A stretch of 36,462 nt of DNA from a virus. Taxonomy: Duplodnaviria > Caudoviricetes. The translations under genes and the position numbers were made by a program. Positions 7,704 to 17,383 of the stretch are shown here, one piece after another. The notes below the pieces were generated by a model. That model was not told the DNA's origin, did no database searches, and saw only the letters and a program-made list of their open reading frames with translations. The stretch spans positions 1 to 36,462 of IMG/VR virus record IMGVR_UViG_3300032212_000677. One strand, given 5' to 3'. Every line of letters begins with the position of its first letter. Position 1 is the first letter of the stretch.

Positions 7704-10244
7704 TTAGGTGACGACGACCGTGTAGGGGCCACTCTCGTTGCCAGCGATGCCCGACCCATTGACCGGCACCAGCCAGCAATAGACCGTCCCGGCAGCAACG
7801 CCGGTTTCGGTGAACGCGCCGGTTACATTGGCACCGGAAATGATCGTCGTGATCTTGGTCGCATCGCCAAAGGTGGTTGTGGCACCTCGATAAAGGGCCA
7901 CGCTGTACTGATTGGCGTCGTTGGCCGTCGTCCAGCTGTAATCGATCTCGCCGGCGGCACCGCCGGGTACCGCGCTGGCCGCCACCAGATCGGCCGGGGC
8001 AGTCGAGTTCGCCGTGGCGGTGACCGGATTACCGGAATAACTGGTCCAAACCGTGGCTCGGCCACCGGACGTGATGGTTTGAAACTCTATGTCGTAATCC
8101 TGACCGTCCGAGACCAGCGCCGAATAGGCACGGGTTTCGTCCATATCGACAAAGAAATACTCATACGTGCTGCCGCCGGTCTCTTTGTAACGAAACCGGA
8201 AAGTGCGATCGACACGGGTTGGAGCATCGAATGTGGCCTCAAGACGCACACTTGATCCCGTCTCGGTGACCACGGCAACCGCTGTCACCACGACGTTTTG
8301 CGCCGTCTCCAGGCTATCGTCGATATTCAACGCCGGGGTTGGCGGCGGCGGCACACCTTCTTCCCCGGCACCAAGATCCCAGCGGTCAGAGGCCAGCGGA
8401 ACCACAGCGAATGCTGTCAGCAGGCCGCCCGGCTCCTGCTCGACCGGCGTGGCAACCTCGTAGACCCCGGAAAAGTCGCTGTCGTATTCAAGCGTGATCG
8501 CGCGATGAGTCTTGGCCAGCACACCCTTGATGTTGCAGCCGAAGGCAGCCTTGCGCGGAGGCGCATGACGCAGTCCGAATGCCTTGCCCAGCCGCACCGC
8601 CTGGTTGTGGTTCTGACAGGTGAGAACATCGATTTCCAGATAGTTAGGCTCGCTGCTGCCGTCATAATATTCGCTGTTCACCCAGGGCGCGGCAGGTTGC
8701 TTTTTGTAGTTATGCGCCGGTGAAATATAATTGACGATCACCCCATCCAGCGCCCGTTCACCGTCGACGACAATCTCGGTTTGGGCGGTCAGGATATCCC
8801 GCTCGCGGGTGAAGGTCAGCGTCGGCGCCGCATAGACGCCACCCACCGGATAGGCGCGGCCCTGATCGTCATACGCAACAAAACCATCGCAGCTTGCCAG
8901 GATCTCCTCCTCAACCCGGTGTCGTGGTTTATTGTCGGGGGCTGCGACCCCGCAACGGTAGCGCGGTATCGGGCTGGCCGACCGGTCCAGAACGGTCGCG
9001 TCATATTTGTCGGCCTCGGCGGCGGTGTTGTCCCAATTGATCTCGGTCATCGGCCGGTTGCGCCCGAACGGCGCGGTCCGCCACCATGCCCAGACAATGG
9101 CCGGATTGCCATCGCTGGCTGTCCAGGTTGTAGGGTCGTCTATGTCGTGTGCCACGTTTCGCGGATCGTACATCCGGTTGAAATTCGCATAGACCGCGAC
9201 CGACGGTTCACCAATACCGATGGCACCCCGCCAGCGATAGACCTTGCGATAATGCTCGGGTGCGACGGCCTTGGCGCGCACGATCGTGTAGCAGACCCCG
9301 ACGCCGCGAAAATTGGATGGAAGGTTCGGGAATGCCGCCGTAAAGGCCGCCGGCAGCGTGCCATAGTCGCTGGCCGCATCTGGCGTGACGGTATAGAGCC
9401 GGAATTGAGGGCGCTTGGTGCCCGTGGCTCCGAAACTATTGTCCTCATCGTCCAAGCAGAAATCATCTGTCAGCACGTCGCCGGCCACATCGTTGATATT
9501 CGACACGTCGGTCCAATTGATGTCGTCCGTCCCCAGCGTCACGCTGGTAGCAGTGACGCGAAACCGCTTGCCGCTGTTGGCGGTTCCGCCGGTTATATCG
9601 ACCGTTGCGCCGGGAACTTCGGCGCTGGTGTTCATGTCCGCCGCACGGGTCCAGGCGCCCGGACCGGTGACGTAGACGCCGTTTTCAGTCGCGGCGGTCT
9701 GGTCCTTGACGCAGACGCGGCTGGTGCTGGTCAGCGTGCCATCGATGGTTTGTTCGCCAGAAAGTGTGATGTTCGCCGTGGTGGCCAGCGCGCAGTCGGT
9801 CAGATCCTTACGGTTGCTGATGCTCAGTTCGATGTCGTCAAAAAAGTAGGTTGCATCGGCCGGGTTGATCATCTCGGCATCGCCATGCGCGACGATGTAC
9901 CAGAAATTGCCGTCTTCATCGTGTTCGGCGAAAATGCCAGCCTCGCCACCAACAATGACCGAACCACCCAACTGCCAGCGCCGCGCGGTTCCAAGGCGGC
10001 TATTGATACGCGCCGCCTCGATATCGGGAGCCTCCGGTGACCCCGGTCGAGATAGCGCGTTGAGCGCATAGCTCAGGCCGATATTCAAAAGCAGCCGGCC
10101 AAGCAGTGATCCACCGAAGAATGCGCCGACCGTATAGCCAGCCAGGGCCAGAGGACCGAGCGCCGTCGCGACGGCCAGGCTTGTGGCGGATGCCGCGGTA
10201 AACCCAACGAACAGCCCCTGAAACAGCAATCCAACCTGTGGCAT
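7704..10244 (-). CDS. tail tip hub / central fibre protein (gpJ-like) with C-terminal FN3-like domains
   Basis: Hydrophobic N-terminus, YDPR...W..SDGNPA motif, beta-rich C-terminus, position after the NlpC-like gene. Confidence 0.85.
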   Translation of the reverse strand: MPQVGLLFQGLFVGFTAASATSLAVATALGPLALAGYTVGAFFGGSLLGRLLLNIGLSYALNALSRPGSPEAPDIEAARINSRLGTARRWQLGGSVIVGGEAGIFAEHDEDGNFWYIVAHGDAEMINPADATYFFDDIELSISNRKDLTDCALATTANITLSGEQTIDGTLTSTSRVCVKDQTAATENGVYVTGPGAWTRAADMNTSAEVPGATVDITGGTANSGKRFRVTATSVTLGTDDINWTDVSNINDVAGDVLTDDFCLDDEDNSFGATGTKRPQFRLYTVTPDAASDYGTLPAAFTAAFPNLPSNFRGVGVCYTIVRAKAVAPEHYRKVYRWRGAIGIGEPSVAVYANFNRMYDPRNVAHDIDDPTTWTASDGNPAIVWAWWRTAPFGRNRPMTEINWDNTAAEADKYDATVLDRSASPIPRYRCGVAAPDNKPRHRVEEEILASCDGFVAYDDQGRAYPVGGVYAAPTLTFTRERDILTAQTEIVVDGERALDGVIVNYISPAHNYKKQPAAPWVNSEYYDGSSEPNYLEIDVLTCQNHNQAVRLGKAFGLRHAPPRKAAFGCNIKGVLAKTHRAITLEYDSDFSGVYEVATPVEQEPGGLLTAFAVVPLASDRWDLGAGEEGVPPPPTPALNIDDSLETAQNVVVTAVAVVTETGSSVRLEATFDAPTRVDRTFRFRYKETGGSTYEYFFVDMDETRAYSALVSDGQDYDIEFQTITSGGRATVWTSYSGNPVTATANSTAPADLVAASAVPGGAAGEIDYSWTTANDANQYSVALYRGATTTFGDATKITTIISGANVTGAFTETGVAAGTVYCWLVPVNGSGIAGNESGPYTVVVT

Positions 10245-10645
10245 CAGACCGCCCAGGCACCGAGGACCGGCAGCCGAAGTTCGACGACACCGCGGATGTG
10301 CCGGAAGGCCAACCTGTCCCCCGTACAGATCCCGACGATTTCGTGCCCGTCGAATCGCACCGCGACGGGCCAGCCAAAACTGGCGGCGTCGGCCCGGATA
10401 AACCCGGCCCGTGCCATGCCATGCGCGAAGAGCGCGGCTACGCCGCCGAATTCCCGGCAGATTGCTTCTGCGCCCGCTTCGTCACTGTAACTGCCGCGCC
10501 ATGGGGCAGCCGGGTCAATCCCGGTGACGGCTGCGACATGATCGCAGACCGACAGGATGCAGTCGCCGCGGCCCCACTGGAACGGTTCGCGCCGCCACCG
10601 GCCAAGCGTCGCGTCAACTGCCGACGACAAAGGTGCGCAGGGCAT
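10244..10645 (-). CDS. NlpC/P60-like tail assembly protein (DUF6950-like)
   Basis: PFQWGRGDC...VAAVTGIDPA..WRGSYS motif; start uncertain (ATG 10645 or TTG 10630). Confidence 0.75.
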   Translation of the reverse strand: MPCAPLSSAVDATLGRWRREPFQWGRGDCILSVCDHVAAVTGIDPAAPWRGSYSDEAGAEAICREFGGVAALFAHGMARAGFIRADAASFGWPVAVRFDGHEIVGICTGDRLAFRHIRGVVELRLPVLGAWAV

Positions 10646-11252
10646 TGCCGGGAACGAAGTCGCAGAATGTATCATCGCTGTATCCCTTGAGCCGCGCGCG
10701 TTCGCGCTGCGCGGTGGGCGTGTAGGTACCGTACGGCGCCCGGCTGCGCCCGTATTCGAGCGACCGGGCCAGCACAGTGGCGGTGTAGCTTTTCTTGATA
10801 TTGCCGGCGTCCTCGCCCAGCCCTTCGGCAAACTGGGTGCCTTGCATCAAAAGCCGGTAGTCAAAGGTCAGCGGCAAGGACGGCCGCAACCCCTCGCCCG
10901 CTCCGAACAACGCGCGATAGCAGGTCAGCTCTCTGCCCTCGGCCAGGGCGCGGTCAGATTTGAGGGCGTCAAATGTGTCGCTGTCGATGAACGGCAGCGT
11001 GAACGTATAGCGCGGACTGGCGCCGTCGCGGCTGTCGCGCACGGCCGGCGCTCGCAACTGCTGAACGCCGCTGGCATCGATGGTGCCGAGCCACTCGTTA
11101 CCGCCGCTGTCGGTCATCGCACCCTGCCCGTCCCATAGCCGGATCGGATAACCGGCAAAATCGAAAAAATAACAGCGGCGATCGACCGCCCTGATATCCC
11201 AGGCATCCGTTGCGGTGCCGATATGCGCCAGCAATTCGGTTTCGTAGCTCAC
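10614..11252 (-). CDS. minor tail (tip) protein
   Basis: RLWDGQG...G.EWLG and C-terminal T..AQ..R...D.FCDFV pattern; position in the tail tip cluster. Confidence 0.75.
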   Translation of the reverse strand: MSYETELLAHIGTATDAWDIRAVDRRCYFFDFAGYPIRLWDGQGAMTDSGGNEWLGTIDASGVQQLRAPAVRDSRDGASPRYTFTLPFIDSDTFDALKSDRALAEGRELTCYRALFGAGEGLRPSLPLTFDYRLLMQGTQFAEGLGEDAGNIKKSYTATVLARSLEYGRSRAPYGTYTPTAQRERARLKGYSDDTFCDFVPGNALRTFVVGS

Positions 11253-11950
11253 AGCAACGCCTCGACGAATTCCAGTGTCTCGAAAACCATGAAGCGGCGG
11301 TTGCGCAGCGTTTTCGCGGCAGCGGCGGCATTGACGCAGGTCATCATTGTTTTCGGCCGCAGGTACAGATCGTCGTTGGCGGCGACTGCACGGCGCAATG
11401 GCGGTGAAATGCCGACGGTGGCGATGTCGCCATTCACATAGGTTACATCCATCACCTCATGGGCGAAATCGTATTGGCCTTCGCGAAAGCCGATCACATG
11501 GCCGATCTCAAGAACCTCGCCAAAGCTGGAAAAGTCTGCGGTCACTTCGGCCGCACCTTTGCTGGACGCCGCATTAACTGGTACCGAGGGGTTCCAGTCC
11601 CAGTTCTGTCCGTTGCTCCAGGACTGACCGTTGCTCCAGGGCAGCTGCGCAGCACTTGACACGCCAAGCGATGTCGCGGGCACCAGCTGCACGCTGCCGC
11701 ATAGCGGGATCCGCATAACCGCACCGTTCTGAATGCGGCTGGCCGTCCAGGCCGCATCGCGATTGGTCTCGGCGTCATGTGACAGCACCAGGGTCAGGCT
11801 CAGCGAAGAAACGCCACCGGGTTCGGGGCTTTCCACCAAAAACCCGCCCAGTGTGCGCCCGCCGGGCAGCGCCTGGCCACCGGCACGGAACAACTGGTCC
11901 CGCGGCACCAGCCGGCGGCGCCAAGGGTAAATGGCGGGCGTGATGGTCAC
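11249..11950 (-). CDS. putative distal tail protein
   Basis: Immediately after the tape measure; ISPPLR and C-terminal FVEAL typical of alphaproteobacterial siphophage Dit-position genes. Confidence 0.7.
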   Translation of the reverse strand: MTITPAIYPWRRRLVPRDQLFRAGGQALPGGRTLGGFLVESPEPGGVSSLSLTLVLSHDAETNRDAAWTASRIQNGAVMRIPLCGSVQLVPATSLGVSSAAQLPWSNGQSWSNGQNWDWNPSVPVNAASSKGAAEVTADFSSFGEVLEIGHVIGFREGQYDFAHEVMDVTYVNGDIATVGISPPLRRAVAANDDLYLRPKTMMTCVNAAAAAKTLRNRRFMVFETLEFVEALL

Positions 11951-13968
11951 ACCAGCGCCCCGTCCTGCCGCAGGGTATCCTGCCAGCCGTTTAGACTGGT
12001 TCTCACCGTGCGCACGGCGGTTTCGGTCGATTGCTGCGCGGAAAGCCGCACCATCGCTGTCACTTCGCCGCCATCGCTGATGCGCAACTCGCTTTGCTCG
12101 AACCCGATAACCACCGCCTGAGAGCCACTTCGCGGCGCGGCCGCCGACACCTGGCTGGCGGTCAGGATCTGGCCCGCCACATTCGGCGCGAAGAATTCGG
12201 TATTGGGCGTGTTTTCATTCACGGCGTAGATTTGCCCGGGCATCACCGGCCCGCCGGCAGCGCGGCCGCCGCCGAAAAGTGCCCCAAAGATACTGCCAAA
12301 AATCCCACCGCCACCGCCTATGCCCCCGAAGTTGAATGTCTGCATCAGCAGGTTGCGAATGTTCGACGCCAGTAGCTCCGCCACGATCTGACGGAACACC
12401 TGTCCCAGCGCGTCGCCCAGGTCCTCGCCGTTGACGATGGCGTTGGCGATCGCGTCCGAGATGCTTTCTATACCGCGCACCACGTTGCCGAACTCAGCAC
12501 TGACCAGCTGCTCGTCGATCTTGGCAAGCGCGCGGGCATAGTCCTCGGAGTTGATCTCGCCCATTTCCTTGAGCTTGTTCAGATCGGCCAACTCGCTGGC
12601 ATACCGCTCAGTCGCAGTCTCAAGGCCGCTCAGAATCCGGTCCCGCTCGCGCAGCAGGCGGTTCAGCTCGGCGTCCTGGCGATTCCCGGCGCCGCCGCGG
12701 CGGGATGCGCCATCCCGTCGAACCGGACCAAGGCGGACCTGCTGCAGACCCAGCGGCGGCGGGGTATAATCGAACCGCCCCGACACGCCGGCCTCATTCC
12801 GCGGATCGGCAAAATCGGGGTTGCCGCGCATACCCGCCAGCAGTTCCTGCCCACGCGCGGCCAGTGCCAGATTGTCTGCCAGGCGTGCGGCCTCGTCGGC
12901 GCCTCTGCCGATACCCGTGGCATAATCGATCCCGGCAAGCGTAAAGGCCTCCTGGGCGGCCTGCAACAGCCGGTCGAACAGCGCCTGACCCTCCTCCTCG
13001 GCATCGACAAGGTTGTCGGAGGCGTCCGAGATATAGTCGGCCAAATCACGCATCGCGATGGCCTGCTGTTCGGGGCCTTCGGCGCTGGCGATCTCGACGA
13101 AACGGCGCACGACCTCCTGCGCGGCGACCTCGGTGATGCCGAACATATCGGCCACCTCGTCAAGATTGCGGTTCAGCTTGGACAGAGCTGCGATCTCTTC
13201 GTTGATCACAGATATGCGCCTATCGGCGGCGGCGAATTCGACATCGCTCAGCTTCGAGGGATCGTTTAGCCGGTCCCGCTCTTCGATAAGTCTGCCCATG
13301 GCACCGGAAATATCTTTGATCTGCTCTGGCAACAGGTCGATGACTCCGCCGATACCCAGACTGTCGCCAAGCCCTCGCGCCACGTCGTTCAAAGAGGCCC
13401 GCGCGCGAATGTCAGCGATCTGGCGTTCTATCTCGAAAAGCTTTCGGGCGTCTTCGGCGAGCCCCCCATAATCCTCGCGCAGCGCGATCGTACCTGCGCC
13501 AAGCTGCGTCTCGGCCGCCTGCAACCGCTTCATGGCCTCTTCGAGACCTTTAAGCTGATCTTGCAGTTCCTTGCTCGCGTCCGCGCCGGTCAGCATGTCG
13601 ACCGCCAGCGGCGCCAGGGAACCGGCAACAGCGCCGATGGCAATGCCGACTGCGCCAAAGCCCAAAGCAAGGTCGGGCAGCTGAATTGACAGCGCCCTCA
13701 CATAGTCACCAGTTACAGACCCCATCTGCGCAACCTGGCTCAACTGCATTGCTGTGTTGCGCATACCACCGGAGAAATGGTTTGCAGCGCCGGTGGTTTT
13801 CCGAAACTCCCGCCCAAGGCGTGCGACCGGTCGGTTAGCGCGGTTGAAACTCGTCTCAGCGCGTTTGGCGGTTCGGACCGTGTTGGCTTCCAGCCGCGCC
13901 AGTTGCTGGGCGTACTGCTTTTCCGTCACGCTGATCGGGATAATCAGGCCATCTTCCTGGTTTGCCAT
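11947..13968 (-). CDS. tail tape measure protein (673 aa)
   Basis: Ala-rich helical protein; QLSQVAQ..QLPDL N-terminal motif; GGRAAGGPV.PG..Y.VNE..PNTE C-terminal motif. Confidence 0.92.
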   Translation of the reverse strand: MANQEDGLIIPISVTEKQYAQQLARLEANTVRTAKRAETSFNRANRPVARLGREFRKTTGAANHFSGGMRNTAMQLSQVAQMGSVTGDYVRALSIQLPDLALGFGAVGIAIGAVAGSLAPLAVDMLTGADASKELQDQLKGLEEAMKRLQAAETQLGAGTIALREDYGGLAEDARKLFEIERQIADIRARASLNDVARGLGDSLGIGGVIDLLPEQIKDISGAMGRLIEERDRLNDPSKLSDVEFAAADRRISVINEEIAALSKLNRNLDEVADMFGITEVAAQEVVRRFVEIASAEGPEQQAIAMRDLADYISDASDNLVDAEEEGQALFDRLLQAAQEAFTLAGIDYATGIGRGADEAARLADNLALAARGQELLAGMRGNPDFADPRNEAGVSGRFDYTPPPLGLQQVRLGPVRRDGASRRGGAGNRQDAELNRLLRERDRILSGLETATERYASELADLNKLKEMGEINSEDYARALAKIDEQLVSAEFGNVVRGIESISDAIANAIVNGEDLGDALGQVFRQIVAELLASNIRNLLMQTFNFGGIGGGGGIFGSIFGALFGGGRAAGGPVMPGQIYAVNENTPNTEFFAPNVAGQILTASQVSAAAPRSGSQAVVIGFEQSELRISDGGEVTAMVRLSAQQSTETAVRTVRTSLNGWQDTLRQDGALV

Positions 13969-13969
13969 G

Positions 13970-14212
13970 CTACAGCCCCTCGATCCCCAAAGCGCGCGCG
14001 CGGTCTGCACTCATCGGCGCGGCCTCGGCCTGGTCCTTGCCGCCATGGGCGGCGTTCCAGCCATCCAGACAGGCGAGATATTCCCAGATGCTCATTTGGT
14101 CGATTTGCTGCGGCGTGAACCCGAGGACGGCGCCGGCGCCGTAGAGCTTGCTAAAGCGCCATTTTCCGGGGCGGCGGGATTGTCCGTTTCCGCCGCCCCG
14201 ACCGGCTTTCCC
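13970..14212 (-). CDS. gpT-like extension of the tail chaperone, reached by -1 frameshift
   Basis: -1 frame open from GGGAAAG (14212-14206) to TAG 13972-13970, encoding FSKLYGAGAVLGFTPQQIDQMSIWEYLACLDGWN. Confidence 0.8.
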   Translation of the reverse strand, partial: GKAGRGGGNGQSRRPGKWRFSKLYGAGAVLGFTPQQIDQMSIWEYLACLDGWNAAHGGKDQAEAAPMSADRARALGIEGL

Positions 14213-14526
14213 ACCTTGTCGTCCGCCGGACCGACCACAGCGTGGCTCATGATCTTGTGCGCCGCCATCTTGAGGTTGGCCCAGGCGGTTTCCGCTGCAG
14301 TGCGGTTGACAAGCGTGCGGGCCGCGTCCTCATCCATGCCGCCGCCGATCAGCCCCAGGCGCACGACCTCGGTCAGATCGGCATCACGCCAGTTGCCCAG
14401 CCGGATGCGGTTGAACACCTCTTCAGGGCCGGAATCGAGCGTGGCCTGCAGTCGGCGCAGGATGCCGACTGGATGCACGGTGACATCATGCTCGCCACCC
14501 GCCCAGATCAGGCGAAAGGGGTCCAT
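14092..14526 (-). CDS. tail assembly chaperone (gpG-like; GTA gp10-like family)
   Basis: WAGGEH, EVVRLGLIGGGM motif; between the tail tube and tape measure genes. Confidence 0.85.
   Translation of the reverse strand: MDPFRLIWAGGEHDVTVHPVGILRRLQATLDSGPEEVFNRIRLGNWRDADLTEVVRLGLIGGGMDEDAARTLVNRTAAETAWANLKMAAHKIMSHAVVGPADDKVGKPVGAAETDNPAAPENGALASSTAPAPSSGSRRSKSTK
14167..14212 (-). promoter_or_regulatory. programmed -1 ribosomal frameshift signal
   Basis: In-frame G GGA AAG heptamer, 5-nt spacer, perfect 11-bp stem CGGGGCGGCGG-N12-CCGCCGCCCCG. Confidence 0.85.
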
Positions 14527-14987
14527 CAGACAACCGTGCTGCGCGACGGCGTACCGTCGAACTGCAGTTCGATCGAGGCGCTGATTTCGCCCTTGTCGCC
14601 CGGGCGCTCATTGGTCAGGCTCGATAGGATCGCGGGGCCGTATTCGGCATAGATATCGCCGCTGTCGCCCCCGGCCTCGACCTTGGCATTGCGCAGCCGG
14701 GCGTTCAGCTTGCGGGCGTTGTAGAACCAGTCGAGCAGCTCGTGATGCTTGGCCGCCGCCCAGACACCGGTGCCGCTGACGCTGACGGCGATGGAATTGA
14801 CCGAGTTTTTCGTGCTGTGCGGCAGCGTTTCGTCGGCGCAATCGGGGACCGCGGTGCTGGTCACGTTCGTGGTGCGGTTGATGGTGACGCCGGTAATGCC
14901 ACAGATCTTGGAATATGTGCCGCTGTCGGCGACCCATTCGATCTCAAGCACCAGCTCGTCATAGCTGAGTGTGTCTGCTGCTGCCAT
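14526..14987 (-). CDS. major tail tube protein
   Basis: KICGIT, VPDC.D, VSGTGVW motifs; size and position. Confidence 0.88.
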   Translation of the reverse strand: MAAADTLSYDELVLEIEWVADSGTYSKICGITGVTINRTTNVTSTAVPDCADETLPHSTKNSVNSIAVSVSGTGVWAAAKHHELLDWFYNARKLNARLRNAKVEAGGDSGDIYAEYGPAILSSLTNERPGDKGEISASIELQFDGTPSRSTVV

Positions 14988-15011
14988 TTTTCAGGTTCCT
15001 TTCGCCTGTGA

Positions 15012-15464
15012 TTAAGCTTTCTTGAACCCGCGCTTTACGGCACGGGCGATGTTGCCCTTGACCCGCCGGCGTTCGGCACGCCAGGCGGGATAAAAAAACG
15101 GCGAGGCCGGGATATAGCCGGTATATCGCCCGGTGGTTTTCTGGCGCCGCGGTGCGGTGCCGAATTCCCACCAGCGGGCGATCGCCGCAATCCCGCCCGG
15201 GTATTTACTGGTCGAGGCGGTCGCATAGATCGTGATCGCGATCCGGTCGTGTTCCTGCCCGCGCACCGTACCGATGGTGACCGCGCCAGCAGGCGTATCG
15301 CCCCAGGTCCAGTCTATTCTGATCGTGCCGGGCAGCGGGTTGAGCGAGGCCATGAACGCCACGACCTTGCCCGCCTCTTTTTCCAGCTGCTTGACTATTT
15401 CGGCGCGAACAACCTCTGGAATGTTGCGCATGCGCGCCTTGAACTTCGCAACACCCTGAACCAC
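15012..15464 (-). CDS. HK97 gp10-like neck/tail completion protein
   Basis: ARWWEFGT and PASPFFYPAWR motifs. Confidence 0.88.
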   Translation of the reverse strand: MVQGVAKFKARMRNIPEVVRAEIVKQLEKEAGKVVAFMASLNPLPGTIRIDWTWGDTPAGAVTIGTVRGQEHDRIAITIYATASTSKYPGGIAAIARWWEFGTAPRRQKTTGRYTGYIPASPFFYPAWRAERRRVKGNIARAVKRGFKKA

Positions 15465-15467
15465 GGG

Positions 15468-15881
15468 TCAGTTCTCCTGCACCAGCGCCCGGACCTGCAC
15501 CACACCATGCGCCGTCTTGCCGTCAGGATCGGCAAAGACCCGGTTCAACACGACCCGCATTGCCGAAATCGCAAACGGCGGATCGGCGACCAGCTCTGCC
15601 CGGTGCAGCGCCCGGTGGACCGCGTCTGCCAGGTCACGGCAAGGCCCAAGCCGCCCCTGGTCGCGCGACCAGCAGTCGATTTGCAACGTATGTTCGCGCG
15701 CATCGATGCAATCGGCATCCGCGTCCACCGAATAGCCCGTTCCGAACGCGAGGTACGGCTTTTTCCAGGCCGCCGACGCCGGCGGGTGGTCGTAAACCCG
15801 GGCCCCGACGATGGCAGCGACAGCGCTGTTCGCCTTCAGGTGTTCAAACACCGCCGCCTGCAGGGCCCGCGCCGCGTTCAT
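15468..15881 (-). CDS. tail terminator protein (DUF3168-like)
   Basis: LQAAV...L....V..IVGARVYD.PP, QIDCWSR, DPDGKTAHGVV. Confidence 0.9.
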   Translation of the reverse strand: MNAARALQAAVFEHLKANSAVAAIVGARVYDHPPASAAWKKPYLAFGTGYSVDADADCIDAREHTLQIDCWSRDQGRLGPCRDLADAVHRALHRAELVADPPFAISAMRVVLNRVFADPDGKTAHGVVQVRALVQEN

Positions 15882-15886
15882 CGGAC

Positions 15887-16405
15887 TTAGGCGCTGCGGG
15901 CCAGAATGGCGATCTGGTAGGTCGCCGACGCGCCGGCGCCGTTGGCAATGCGCAGGATGTCGGCAGTGGCGGCGGTCACCGTACCGATCCCCGCTGCGTC
16001 GCCGGCGGCGATCAGGAACTGCGCACCCGGTTTCAGCGGGCCAATCGTTGGCGCTGTACCCCCGAGGAACCCGACGAACGGATTGGTGCCGGCGCCGATC
16101 GTCAGATCAGATGTGTTGGCGCTGCCCGAACGCGGCGCGTTGATGATGAACACCGCGACCAGCTCGGCGGCCGTGATTGTCGCGCCAAAGGCATCCGACA
16201 GAACGCCGGCCAGGTCGATATCGTCGTTGGAACTGGCACTGACCGTGCGCTCGTCCATGAACAGAATATCGGCCTTGTTTGCCGTGGTGCCATCGGTCAG
16301 CTGTAGCACCGCCTCCATCTCGGGCGTGAAGGCAGGCCCGCCGAAATCGTTGCCGCCTCTCTGTGTCGCCTTGAGGCGCGCGAATATCTCCGCTGTCACG
16401 GTCAT
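15887..16405 (-). CDS. putative virion structural/decoration protein
   Basis: A/G/T-rich beta-type 172-aa ORF with SD AAGGGAG, inside the neck gene cluster. Confidence 0.65.
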   Translation of the reverse strand: MTVTAEIFARLKATQRGGNDFGGPAFTPEMEAVLQLTDGTTANKADILFMDERTVSASSNDDIDLAGVLSDAFGATITAAELVAVFIINAPRSGSANTSDLTIGAGTNPFVGFLGGTAPTIGPLKPGAQFLIAAGDAAGIGTVTAATADILRIANGAGASATYQIAILARSA

Positions 16406-16430
16406 GTCGTTTTCTCCCTTGTCAAATGTT

Positions 16431-16799
16431 TCAGACTGCCACGCCCGTTTCGGCCGTGATCTCGATCCACTTCCGGTCTTCGGTCTCCACGACCGACCGG
16501 ATGTTATATTCGCCGCGCATCAGCGCGCCATCTTCGTCGAATTCCTCGCGGCGCAGATCGCGCATCCGCCAGTCGGGGGTGATCTTGCGGGTCCAGATGT
16601 TAGCCCAGACCGTCACCACAACCGGCTGGCGTCCCTCCAGGCGCGCGGCCTGCACCGTCTCACCGCCGCGCAGATAGCGGAAATGCGCTGCGGCATTGCT
16701 GATGCCCTCGCGCCAGCCGGTCTCGATGCCGCCGGAGCCGTCAGGCTCATCATGCGGTGCGTCGAATGCGACCCGCTCGCGCAGTTGCCCTGGCGTCAC
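16431..16799 (-). CDS. head closure (head-tail adaptor, SPP1 gp16-like)
   Basis: GQLRERVAFD, GGETVQAARLEGRQP, YNIRSV; GTGA overlap with the upstream stop. Confidence 0.9.
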   Translation of the reverse strand: MTPGQLRERVAFDAPHDEPDGSGGIETGWREGISNAAAHFRYLRGGETVQAARLEGRQPVVVTVWANIWTRKITPDWRMRDLRREEFDEDGALMRGEYNIRSVVETEDRKWIEITAETGVAV

Positions 16800-17380
16800 G
16801 CGCCGACCCGCCGATATGGCGCCGTCAGGGCGCTGACACCCATGGGAAGCAAATGCAACGGGCCGTCCGCCGTGGCTGCCTCGCGGTTCATATACCAATG
16901 TGCCATCAACATCAGGATCGCAGTCCGCAGCGGTGCGGGCACGTCGTCGGCAGCCCCATAGCCCGCCACGACTTCAGCGCGGACCGGGAATTGCCGGTCG
17001 CTGTCCAGCGACGGGCTGGTGAATGCGTCTTTAAACCGGATTTCTGGGCCAACGACCGTCTCCAGAACGTCATAGAGATTGTCGCTCACGGTCTGTTCCG
17101 CAGCGTCCTCGTCGAAATAAGTCAACACGACCGACGAGACATCCGGAAAGGGCAGCCGTAAGGGGTCGCACCAGTTGTGATAATCCTGCTGCCAGGTCTG
17201 GTTAAGCAGACAGCGCCCGAGAATCCCTGCCCAACCGTCAAGATGCGCCACAGCCGACGCTATCAGCTTTTCGACGACCAGCCCGTCGTCATCAGCCTCG
17301 GTCAGGCGCAGATGCCGGCGGGCGTCCTCCAGCGAGACCGGCAGTCCCACTGGAGGGGTGATCAGGATCGGCGGGATCAT
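16796..17380 (-). CDS. head-tail connector (HK97 gp6-like)
   Basis: PVSLEDARRHLR, GRCLLNQTW, AGYG...VP.PLRTAILMLMAHWY.NRE. Confidence 0.92.
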   Translation of the reverse strand: MIPPILITPPVGLPVSLEDARRHLRLTEADDDGLVVEKLIASAVAHLDGWAGILGRCLLNQTWQQDYHNWCDPLRLPFPDVSSVVLTYFDEDAAEQTVSDNLYDVLETVVGPEIRFKDAFTSPSLDSDRQFPVRAEVVAGYGAADDVPAPLRTAILMLMAHWYMNREAATADGPLHLLPMGVSALTAPYRRVGA

Positions 17381-17383
17381 GGC

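Noticed and set aside
5802-10244. Diversity-generating retroelement target
   Set aside because: No reverse transcriptase or template/variable repeat pair in the window
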